Positions 23,005 to 31,056 of a stretch of 31,056 nucleotides of DNA are shown here, one piece after another. The translations under genes and the position numbers were made by a program. The stretch's first letter is position 1, and every line of letters begins with the position of its first letter. Origin of the DNA: Bacteroidales bacterium (GTDB lineage Bacteria > Bacteroidota > Bacteroidia > Bacteroidales > 4484-276); contig JAOZRY010000001.1 in NCBI GenBank assembly GCA_029939965.1, positions 4,017 through 35,072 of the forward strand. The letters are read 5' to 3'. The notes under the pieces are model-generated. The model made no database searches and was not told the DNA's origin. It saw only the letters and a program-made list of their open reading frames with translations.

Positions 23005-23034
23005 CAAAAGTACAAGCAATTTTTAAAAAACAAA
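23005..23034 (-). promoter_or_regulatory. Distal promoter of the str superoperon
   Basis: Minus-strand TTTG (23031..23034), 18-nt spacer, then TACTTTTG (23005..23012) followed by GC-rich TGCCCGC. Confidence 0.65.
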
Positions 23035-23243
23035 ATTATTTTTTGTTATTTATTAAAACAATGTAATAATAAATTATGATTTTGAATCCAACTACCTTAT
23101 TTCAAATTCTTTACATCAATAAAAAAATCTGGAAATAAACACGCCTTACAAAGATAATTAATATGGCAGATTATCTTATTAGCAAATGATTTTGATTTTC
23201 CCATGATTACAATCTTAGAGGACTATTAGCAGCAACGTTATTT

Positions 23244-23367
23244 AGTGTGCGCCAGAAAACGCCGATATCATCGTTGGACTTGTGTTGAAAACAGTCATTT
23301 ACAAAAGTAAACTCCTTGATTTTCAACACTACGTCCGCCTCGATCTCAACGATTTCTGACACCCACT
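23244..23367. repeat. 124-bp nested palindromic (REP/MITE-like) element
   Basis: Terminal inverted repeat 12/15, internal inverted repeats of 7, 10 and 5 bp, and a second partial copy at 610..667. Confidence 0.8.
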
Positions 23368-23483
23368 TTCTGAAATATTGAGTTTTCGTGATAACATTAT
23401 TTACTTTTAGAATTTTTCAATGAAAATTTACAACTAAACAAAGGAGAAAAATCAAAAAAATGCGGATTTATCAGCGAAATTTT

Positions 23484-23491
23484 TAATTTTG
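23484..23491 (+). promoter_or_regulatory. Possible -7 box for the kinase cluster
   Basis: TAATTTTG ~170 nt upstream of ATG 23664. No matching -33 box seen. Confidence 0.3.
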
Positions 23492-23663
23492 GCTCAAATA
23501 TTAGTAAAATGGTTATAAACTTTTCAAACAATAAACCGGATTATTTCGTGCAAAGAACCCCAAGTTCAGTTGGTTGTTGCGATGCTTCAGAAAGAAAAAA
23601 TAAACTATATACTTCTAATAATTTTCTGAGCACCATAACAAATTAGCAATAAAATCCCCAAAC

Positions 23664-24764
23664 ATGAAACCAGAAAAATCCACGATACTCATTGTTGATG
23701 ACATCCCGACAAATATTCAGGTTATCGGAAACCTACTCCGTATCAACGGTTATGATATTGCTTTTACTGACAATGGTAAAGATGCCATAGAAATGGCACA
23801 AAATAACAATTACGATTTGATATTGTTAGACATAATGATGCCAGTTATGGATGGTTATGAAGTGTGCAAAACATTAAAAAATATTCAGGGAACAAAAAGC
23901 ATTCCGATCATTTTTTTAACTGCTAAATCAGATCCTGCAAGTTTGGTAAAAGGTTTTGATTTGGGAGCTGTGGATTTTGTTACAAAACCATTTAAGACAC
24001 CCGAATTGCTTGCAAGAGTACAAACCCACATTACCCTCAAAAAAACCACAGAAGAATTACAGGCAACTAATGCTATGAAAGATAAACTTATGTCGATTAT
24101 CGCTCATGATTTAAGAGGTCCTGTTGGAAATTTTGGCTCAGCACTAACTATGCTTATCGAAAACCTTGACACATTTAACCAGCAAATGCTTTGTGAAACC
24201 ATGAACGAACTCAATGTTTCAGCTTCAAGAGTATTTGAGTTGCTCGAAAATTTATTAGCCTGGGCACGTAGTCAGAATAACGAAATAGAGTTCCAACCGG
24301 TAACCTTTAATATTTGTAATGTAATTACAAATAATATCGAATTACTTGAAAACAGTGCCTCTCAAAAGCAAATATCATTTATCCGAAATTTCCCAAAGAA
24401 CATTGAAATTTCGGCTGATATAAATATGATCAATACAGTTTTAAGAAATCTACTAACTAATGCCATAAAATATTCGAATGCAGGTGGAAAAATTGAAATC
24501 AAAGTACAAGACAAAAATCATAAAGCATTGATCTCGGTACGCGATTTTGGCGTGGGTATCGATAAAAATAATTTGGAGAATATATTTTCCCCCAATCGTT
24601 ACTACTCAACTTATGGCACCTCCAACGAAAAAGGAACGGGCTTAGGGTTAAAACTATGTAAAGATTTTGTAACCAGAAACAGAGGAGAAATATTTGTTGA
24701 GAGTAGGCCGGGACACGGATCAATATTTTCATTTACCTTGCCAAAACTGATTACTGATGTTTAA
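23664..24764 (+). CDS. Hybrid response regulator/histidine kinase (REC-HisKA-HATPase)
   Basis: REC LIVDD, LILLDIMMP and TKPF; H-box AHDLRGP; N-box NLLTNAIKY; DFGVG; GTGLGL. Confidence 0.95.
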   Translation: MKPEKSTILIVDDIPTNIQVIGNLLRINGYDIAFTDNGKDAIEMAQNNNYDLILLDIMMPVMDGYEVCKTLKNIQGTKSIPIIFLTAKSDPASLVKGFDLGAVDFVTKPFKTPELLARVQTHITLKKTTEELQATNAMKDKLMSIIAHDLRGPVGNFGSALTMLIENLDTFNQQMLCETMNELNVSASRVFELLENLLAWARSQNNEIEFQPVTFNICNVITNNIELLENSASQKQISFIRNFPKNIEISADINMINTVLRNLLTNAIKYSNAGGKIEIKVQDKNHKALISVRDFGVGIDKNNLENIFSPNRYYSTYGTSNEKGTGLGLKLCKDFVTRNRGEIFVESRPGHGSIFSFTLPKLITDV

Positions 24765-24826
24765 TATCCATCTGAACTTACAGAACAAAGAAATATATCT
24801 TATTTTTATCCAGAAATGATGATATT

Positions 24827-27562
24827 ATGAAAAATTTATTCATTACCATTTTATTCCTACAATCCTTTTCTGCATTTTCTAATCAATACACTGACAGCTT
24901 GTGGTCAGTTATCCGCAGTTATGAATATTCCGATTCACTCAAATTGGAAGCTTACGAAGACATCACAAAATACTTTTTGCATGAAAACAAGGACTCGTGC
25001 CGGACGATTTGCGAGGAGGGGATGGGATTTTCGAAGATGACAAATAATGCAAGGTTTGAATGGTCTTTTTATAACAGGATCGGGATATCATACATTTATG
25101 AAGACAACTACCAGGAAACGGCAAATTATTGGATAAAAGCACTGGAAATTGCTGAGATGGCACATGACACCTTTACAATTGCTCAAACGATCAACAACCT
25201 TGGTGCCCTTTATGATACCATGAAAGAATATGAAAAAGCGATTGAACACTATTCCAGGTCACTTCTGTACAAACAACAAAACAATGATTATTTTGGCATG
25301 GCCATGACGCAAATGAGTATATGCATTTGCCTTGGCTATTTAAAGCAATATAAAAAAGCAAATACAGTAATACATGAGGTACTGAAATTGGTAGAGCAAA
25401 TTGAAGATCATAACGACAAACAGAAAATTTATACTAACATCGGTTTATATTACAGCTACATTGGAACGCATTTCAACATACTGAGAAATGTTTTTAAAGG
25501 GCTGAAATATTTTGCATTAGCCGAAACAGAACTCGAAAATACAGACAACATAATGGATAAAATCTCCAATATGATAAATATTGGTGAGGTCTATCTGTAT
25601 TTAAATGATACGCTGAGTGGTTTTAAATATATTAATGACGCTAAACTTCTGGCCAAAAAAAATCATGCGTTGCAAAAGCAAAGTGTTATTTTTGAAATAC
25701 TTAACAATTACTATTTCGAAAAAGAAAATTATAAATTGGCCTATTATTACAACGACTCAATGCAACAAATTAACGATGTAATAAATAGCACTGCAACACA
25801 AATAGCCATAGAAGATATTAGCACCAAATATGAATCGGAGAAAAAGGAGAGGGAGAATCTTCAATTAAAACAGGAAGTGAGAGATGAAGAGATTGAGAAT
25901 GATCGACAAAAAAGAATTAATACCATAATCCTGTGCTTCCTTGCAGTTCTTGCACTTTTTGGAGCTATTGTATCATCATTATCGTATAGACTTCGAAACA
26001 AAAATACAGAGCTTACCAAAAACAAAAATGAGCTTATTAAACTGAACGATTACTTAAAAATTTCAAAAGAGGAAACTGAAAAAGCACTGGAATTTAAATC
26101 GCTGTTTTTGGCAAACATGAGCCATGAAATCAGAACACCATTAAATATAATTATCGGCTTTAATAACATACTTCGGAAAAATCTTAACGACCCAAAACTT
26201 GCAAGTTTTACCGAAGCTATCGAAATGAGCAGTTACAATTTACTACGGTTTCTGAACGACATCCTCGACATGTCGAAGATTGAAGCCGGCAAACTATTGC
26301 TCAATCCCGAAAATATAAATATCAGGTCGTTGGTTAATGATATCCATGAACTCTTTTTACTTAAAACATCTCAAAAAAACATTGATTTTATTGTTGATAT
26401 TGATGAATCCGTTCCACCGAGAATTATAATTGATGAAGTACGACTCAGGCAGATTTTGGTTAACCTAATTGGGAATGCAATTAAATTTACTGAACATGGG
26501 TATATTAAAATTCATATTGATTCACCTCAAAATGCAAACTATCATATTGAGTTTTCAACAACCAAAAACATAAGGATACAGATTACAGATACGGGAGTTG
26601 GTATTAAACCTGATGATTTTGAACGAATATTTGAATCATTCAGACAGGTAAACATTAAAGAGCAGAAACAACTTGGAGGTACAGGTCTCGGTCTTCCCAT
26701 TTCAAAACGTTTGACCGAAATGATGAATGGTGTAATAAGTGTAGAAAGTAAACGTGGGCAAGGGAGCACCTTTTCTATTTTGTTCAGCGATGTTCCCTTA
26801 GGCGATAACTCAAACAAAAATAGAACTGAAAAAATAAATCTGACAGAAAATCTTGATTATGAATTTACCGGTGGAACATTATTGATTGCCGATGATGAAG
26901 AGTTGAACCGCAATCTTATTAAAGTTTGTTTTGAAAATACAAATGTTACTGTAATTGAAGCCGTTAATGGAGAAGAGGCTATTGAATCGGCAAAACAAAA
27001 CAATCCTGATGTTATACTGATGGATGTAAAAATGCCGGTTATTGATGGCATTGAAGCAACAAGTATTATTAAAAAGGACGAAAATCTAAAACATATTCAA
27101 ATCATCGCTGTTTCGGCTTCCAACATTTTCGACAGATTGGATAATGAACATCTAAAGATGTTTTCAGGGCTTATAACCAAACCTGTTTGCATAGATGAAC
27201 TCTATGAAAAAATGGCTGAATTTTTAGCACATAAAGCTAAACTAAAAGCTAATGCTTTAAACTTATCTCCAAAATCTTTAATGGATCATTTTGCAAATGA
27301 TAAAACTAAGATAACACCTATAATTATCGACACGCTTACTGGTGAATTATCATCAAAATGGTCGCATATTTTTGGCACTAATTCCATGAATGGAATTCTC
27401 GAATTTACAACGGAACTAAACGAATTTGCCATTAAAAACGATCTGAAAGAAATACAGGCATTTGCTGAACAAATTATGAAATCGGGTAAGAATTTTGATA
27501 CTGAAAAAGTTAACCAACTTTTAAAACAATACCCTGAAATTGTGAATTTATTAAAATTATAA
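24827..27562 (+). CDS. Membrane hybrid sensor kinase (signal peptide-TPR-TM-HisKA-HATPase-REC-helical tail)
   Basis: N-terminal signal, TPR-like repeats (e.g. LGALYDTMKEYEKAIEHYSRSL), TM IILCFLAVLALFGAIV, SHEIRTP, NLIGNAIKF, DTGVG, GGTGLGL, and REC IADD/LMDVKMP/TKP. Confidence 0.95.
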   Translation: MKNLFITILFLQSFSAFSNQYTDSLWSVIRSYEYSDSLKLEAYEDITKYFLHENKDSCRTICEEGMGFSKMTNNARFEWSFYNRIGISYIYEDNYQETANYWIKALEIAEMAHDTFTIAQTINNLGALYDTMKEYEKAIEHYSRSLLYKQQNNDYFGMAMTQMSICICLGYLKQYKKANTVIHEVLKLVEQIEDHNDKQKIYTNIGLYYSYIGTHFNILRNVFKGLKYFALAETELENTDNIMDKISNMINIGEVYLYLNDTLSGFKYINDAKLLAKKNHALQKQSVIFEILNNYYFEKENYKLAYYYNDSMQQINDVINSTATQIAIEDISTKYESEKKERENLQLKQEVRDEEIENDRQKRINTIILCFLAVLALFGAIVSSLSYRLRNKNTELTKNKNELIKLNDYLKISKEETEKALEFKSLFLANMSHEIRTPLNIIIGFNNILRKNLNDPKLASFTEAIEMSSYNLLRFLNDILDMSKIEAGKLLLNPENINIRSLVNDIHELFLLKTSQKNIDFIVDIDESVPPRIIIDEVRLRQILVNLIGNAIKFTEHGYIKIHIDSPQNANYHIEFSTTKNIRIQITDTGVGIKPDDFERIFESFRQVNIKEQKQLGGTGLGLPISKRLTEMMNGVISVESKRGQGSTFSILFSDVPLGDNSNKNRTEKINLTENLDYEFTGGTLLIADDEELNRNLIKVCFENTNVTVIEAVNGEEAIESAKQNNPDVILMDVKMPVIDGIEATSIIKKDENLKHIQIIAVSASNIFDRLDNEHLKMFSGLITKPVCIDELYEKMAEFLAHKAKLKANALNLSPKSLMDHFANDKTKITPIIIDTLTGELSSKWSHIFGTNSMNGILEFTTELNEFAIKNDLKEIQAFAEQIMKSGKNFDTEKVNQLLKQYPEIVNLLKL

Positions 27563-27578
27563 TACTGACAATTAACCA

Positions 27579-28763
27579 ATGGAAAAACTGTACCAAAACA
27601 ACGAAATAAAGGTTTTGGTTGTTGATGACAACCCACAAAACATCCAAATTATAGGGCGAAATTTATTAGAACAAGATTATAACATTTCGTATGCTACCGA
27701 TGGATTTGAGGCATTAAAAATACTTAACAGCGATACGTTGTTTGATTTAGTATTATTAGACATCCTGATGCCTGAAATGGATGGCTTTGAAGTTTTTAGG
27801 GAGATAAAGAAAAACCCAAAGTTCAAATCTGTGTCCATTATTTTTCTCTCGGCAAAATCGGATAGCAAAAGTGTAATTAAAGGTCTCAAATTAGGTGCAA
27901 ACGATTACATTACAAAACCATTTAATGCTGACGAGTTATTGCTTAGAGTAAAAACCCAGGTAGATTTGAAGAAACACCAGGAAAAAATTGAACAAATTAA
28001 TCAGGTGCTTGAAAAAAAAGTACTCGAAAAAACCAGGGAACTACGATTTGCCAATGAAAAACTAAGTATGCTCGAAAAATCGAAAAGTGATTTCCTGAAA
28101 CTTGTGAGCCATGAAATGAGAACACCATTAAACATAATCAATGGTTTTTCTGAAATATTGTCGGAATCCTTAAAAGGCACAGAACATTATGAAGAAATAA
28201 CAAGCCTGAAAAACTCTTCTGACAGATTAATCTCGCTTGCTGACACGGCGTTGCTCATTACCGAAATACAGCTTGGAAAATACACACTTGATTTTGAGAA
28301 AATTGATTTCGAACGACTTTGCTATGAGGCAACAAAGTTCTGCTTGCAAATATATCCGGAGAAAACATTCACATTTCAATATACTCTCAACAAGAAGGAA
28401 TGGGACATTTTTGGCGATTTTGATCTGCTCAAAAATATTTTGTGTAAAATTATAGAAAATTCAATGATCGCCTGTAATAACAATGGACAAATCAGTTTTA
28501 GTTTAATCGATTCTGAAAGGGATATAACGCTTGAAATCAGGGATAATGGCCCAGGTTTCGACGATGAAGATATGGGAAAGCTGTTTGGATTTTTTGCAAA
28601 AGAAGGCCCTGATTCTGATCACGACGGATTTGGACTTGGACTTGCAGCAGTAAAACTTGTAATGGATTTACACTCCGGGCAGGTTGTAATAAAAAACCTT
28701 GAGGAGGGAGGTGCCTTAGTGTGTCTGGTTTTTGAAAAGGAATTTAATCAGCAAAAATTATAA
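27579..28763 (+). CDS. Hybrid response regulator/histidine kinase (REC-HisKA-HATPase)
   Basis: REC LVVDD, LLDILMP and TKPF; SHEMRTP; DNGPGF; GFGLGL. Confidence 0.93.
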   Translation: MEKLYQNNEIKVLVVDDNPQNIQIIGRNLLEQDYNISYATDGFEALKILNSDTLFDLVLLDILMPEMDGFEVFREIKKNPKFKSVSIIFLSAKSDSKSVIKGLKLGANDYITKPFNADELLLRVKTQVDLKKHQEKIEQINQVLEKKVLEKTRELRFANEKLSMLEKSKSDFLKLVSHEMRTPLNIINGFSEILSESLKGTEHYEEITSLKNSSDRLISLADTALLITEIQLGKYTLDFEKIDFERLCYEATKFCLQIYPEKTFTFQYTLNKKEWDIFGDFDLLKNILCKIIENSMIACNNNGQISFSLIDSERDITLEIRDNGPGFDDEDMGKLFGFFAKEGPDSDHDGFGLGLAAVKLVMDLHSGQVVIKNLEEGGALVCLVFEKEFNQQKL

Positions 28764-29916
28764 ACTCTTTTCTTAATGATTCAAATTCAGGGTGATATTT
28801 TGCGGAAATAAGACGGTTTGCCGCTCCCACAAATTGTTTACCTTTCTTCGTCAGACTCAGCAAATCTTCATCATTAACGATTAGTCCATTTTCAACAGAT
28901 TTGTGAACGATCAGTTCAATAAAACTCACATCCCAGCCAAAGTGTTGACTAAAATGCACTTTGCGACGCTCTTCGATGTTATCATTTTCGCCACTATGAT
29001 TGTATAAATGTAAGACAATGGTCATTTGGGCAAACTCAATTTTTTGCCTTCGTTTACGCATTATAATCGACACTAAACCCCGCTGTGGTGCGGCAATGTA
29101 AACCAATAAGAAAACCACCCCACACATTGTAGCCATCGAACCCGAAATGGAAGCATCGAGCCATCGGGCAAGCCAGTAGCCCGATATGGCAGATATTACT
29201 CCAACCAACGATGAAATCAATATCATCGATTTCAGCTCATCGGTAAGCAAATATGCCGTGGCAGCGGGAGCTATCATTAAAGCCACCACCAAAATGGCTC
29301 CAACAGCTTCGAAGGCACCCACAGTAGTAATCGATACAATACTCATTAAAGCATAGTTTAATGCCAGTGGAGCAAATCCAAGGGTGGCTGCCAAACCAGC
29401 ATCGAAAGTGCTAATTTTTAATTCTTTAAAAAACACAACGGTAAACAGCAAATTCAAAAGCAAAATAATTCCCATTACCCACGCACTTTTCGGGCCTACA
29501 TCTATCCCTGAAATCATCAACCTGTTGAAAGGAGCAAAAGCAAGCTCACCCATAAGTACAGCATCAGTATCCAAATGAATATTAGAGAGATTTCTGGAAA
29601 TAATGATTACCCCAATACTAAATAATGCCGGAAAAACCAAACCCATGGCGGCATCTTCCTTTACAAGCTTAGTTTTGTTAAGCAGCTCTACCAAAACCAC
29701 CATAAACAACCCGGTTAACGCAGCCAATAAAATTAAAACAGGCGAGTTGAGCGATTCAGTAAGCAGAAAGCCGATTACTATTCCCGGAAGGATAGCATGG
29801 CTAATAGCATCGCTGATCATAGACATTTTGCGCAAAACCAGAAAAACTCCGGGGATACTACAAGCCAATGCAACAAGCGAAGCTATTATTTGAATTTCAA
29901 TTTGTGGAATGGTCAT
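28744..29916 (-). CDS. Mn/Zn/Fe ABC transporter permease (TroD/MntD-like) with C-terminal extension
   Basis: GVFLVLRKMSMISDAISHAILPG, HLDTDAVLMGEL, VGAILVVALMIAPAATA and ~105-aa soluble tail. Confidence 0.9.
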   Translation of the reverse strand: MTIPQIEIQIIASLVALACSIPGVFLVLRKMSMISDAISHAILPGIVIGFLLTESLNSPVLILLAALTGLFMVVLVELLNKTKLVKEDAAMGLVFPALFSIGVIIISRNLSNIHLDTDAVLMGELAFAPFNRLMISGIDVGPKSAWVMGIILLLNLLFTVVFFKELKISTFDAGLAATLGFAPLALNYALMSIVSITTVGAFEAVGAILVVALMIAPAATAYLLTDELKSMILISSLVGVISAISGYWLARWLDASISGSMATMCGVVFLLVYIAAPQRGLVSIIMRKRRQKIEFAQMTIVLHLYNHSGENDNIEERRKVHFSQHFGWDVSFIELIVHKSVENGLIVNDEDLLSLTKKGKQFVGAANRLISAKYHPEFESLRKEFIIFAD

Positions 29917-31031
29917 ATTTCGTCACCCCCTGAGTTTAATAATGAAGTTGCTTTGGCGATTCCTTTGTCAGTTAAACACCATTCATTATTGTCGATTACT
30001 ATCAATCCATTCTCCTGCAATTTCATCATCGACAATTGATTATAACCCTCAAGCGGTTTTAGCATCGACAGTTCATGCATACATTTAATATCATCATGCT
30101 GATCACTAATTTTACACAATTGATAAAACAATTTATCCACAATTAGGTTTTTTCTATTTCTAACTGTCAATATCCATTTGGCCAGCCAGCCACGCTCGGG
30201 AGCAAACAAAAACGAAAAAAGCACAATCGATACAGCAACCAAAACGATAACAGGTCCGGTAGATAGATTAGTACCTGCACTTGAAATAGCTGTTCCAATA
30301 ATGCCTGCTAAAATCCCAAATAATGCCGACAGAACAACCATTACACTCAACCGGTTTGTCCACTGTCTGGCAGCTGCAGCCGGTGCTATAAGCAAGGCAC
30401 TCATTAATATTACACCCACTGTTTGCAATCCAATTACAATTGCCAAAACAATAAGGGTATTGATGGCAATATCGAGAATTTTAGTGTTGAAGCCCAACGA
30501 CATTGCAAATTGCGAATCGAAAATAAAGAGTTTAAATTCTTTCCACAAAAGAAAAATTACACCAATCGAAAAGGCTGCAATTACCGACATCATTACCACA
30601 TCCTCACGAAGAAGAGTGGCTGCCTGACCAAACAGAAAAGTCTCCAGTCCCGATTGATTTGCATTTGGTAAACGCTGGATTATGGTTAGCAAAACTAACC
30701 CGAAACCAAAAAACACAGCCAGTACCACAGCAAGGGCAGTGTCGCTTTTAATGCGTGTATATTTTATAATACCAGAAATCCATAATGTGGCTAACCAACC
30801 CGAAAATGCGGCTCCTGCAAAAATGAACAGTACATTTTTTGTTCCGATCAGTAAAAAAGCCACAGCAATACCGGGCAAAGAAGCATGAGCAACAGCATCG
30901 CCCAATAAGCTTTGTTTGCGCAGAACAGCATAAACACCCAACACTCCGCTCATAAGGCCAAGAACAGCAGTACCAAGGCCAATGGTTTGTGTGGTATAAT
31001 CGGTAAACAGATCGGTAAAAAAGTTGAACAT
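29913..31031 (-). CDS. Mn/Zn/Fe ABC transporter permease (TroC/MntC-like) with C-terminal extension; ATG 31031 preferred over TTG 31046
   Basis: LRKQSLLGDAVAHASLPG, LFGQAA, LQTVGVILMSALLIAPAAAARQW and ~85-aa soluble tail. 4-bp overlap with the next permease. Confidence 0.9.
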   Translation of the reverse strand: MFNFFTDLFTDYTTQTIGLGTAVLGLMSGVLGVYAVLRKQSLLGDAVAHASLPGIAVAFLLIGTKNVLFIFAGAAFSGWLATLWISGIIKYTRIKSDTALAVVLAVFFGFGLVLLTIIQRLPNANQSGLETFLFGQAATLLREDVVMMSVIAAFSIGVIFLLWKEFKLFIFDSQFAMSLGFNTKILDIAINTLIVLAIVIGLQTVGVILMSALLIAPAAAARQWTNRLSVMVVLSALFGILAGIIGTAISSAGTNLSTGPVIVLVAVSIVLFSFLFAPERGWLAKWILTVRNRKNLIVDKLFYQLCKISDQHDDIKCMHELSMLKPLEGYNQLSMMKLQENGLIVIDNNEWCLTDKGIAKATSLLNSGGDEI

Positions 31032-31056
31032 ACAAAAATGGTTCAATGATTTAATG

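Noticed and set aside
23244-23367. CRISPR repeat, attC site or tRNA as the identity of the palindrome
   Set aside because: No spacer array, no cas or integrase gene, no GTTRRRY/RYYYAAC ends and no cloverleaf.
28420-28480. Atypical N-box (NILCKIIENS) in the third kinase, suggesting a pseudokinase
   Set aside because: The second Asn, the H-box and the G1 and G2 boxes are retained, so the evidence for inactivity is insufficient.
30178-30627. 149-aa plus-strand ORF inside the permease
   Set aside because: Antisense shadow of hydrophobic-codon-rich sequence.

Overview
Window from a low-GC Bacteroidota (probably Bacteroidales-like) chromosome. Support: TAnnTTTG promoter motifs, A-rich leaders without Shine-Dalgarno sites, a T9SS-type tail fragment, and the gene order rpsL-rpsG-fusA-rpsJ without tuf. 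About 18 kb (22707 to 4591, minus strand) is the intact 33-gene str-S10-spc-alpha ribosomal superoperon, followed by eno and a secreted-protein gene. The left flank has the 3' end of a probable secreted protein and an orphan SAM-dependent methyltransferase. The right flank has three tandem hybrid histidine kinases and two convergent Mn/Zn/Fe ABC permeases. Most of the window is ordinary housekeeping DNA. The best leads are: (i) a 124-bp nested-palindrome element with a second half-copy 22.6 kb away, joined to a T9SS-tail gene remnant; (ii) winged-helix-like C-terminal tails on both metal permeases; (iii) a str-operon EF-G that looks unusually diverged; (iv) tandem promoters with a ~240-nt intervening leader upstream of rpsL. 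No CRISPR array, rRNA, tRNA or transposase was seen.
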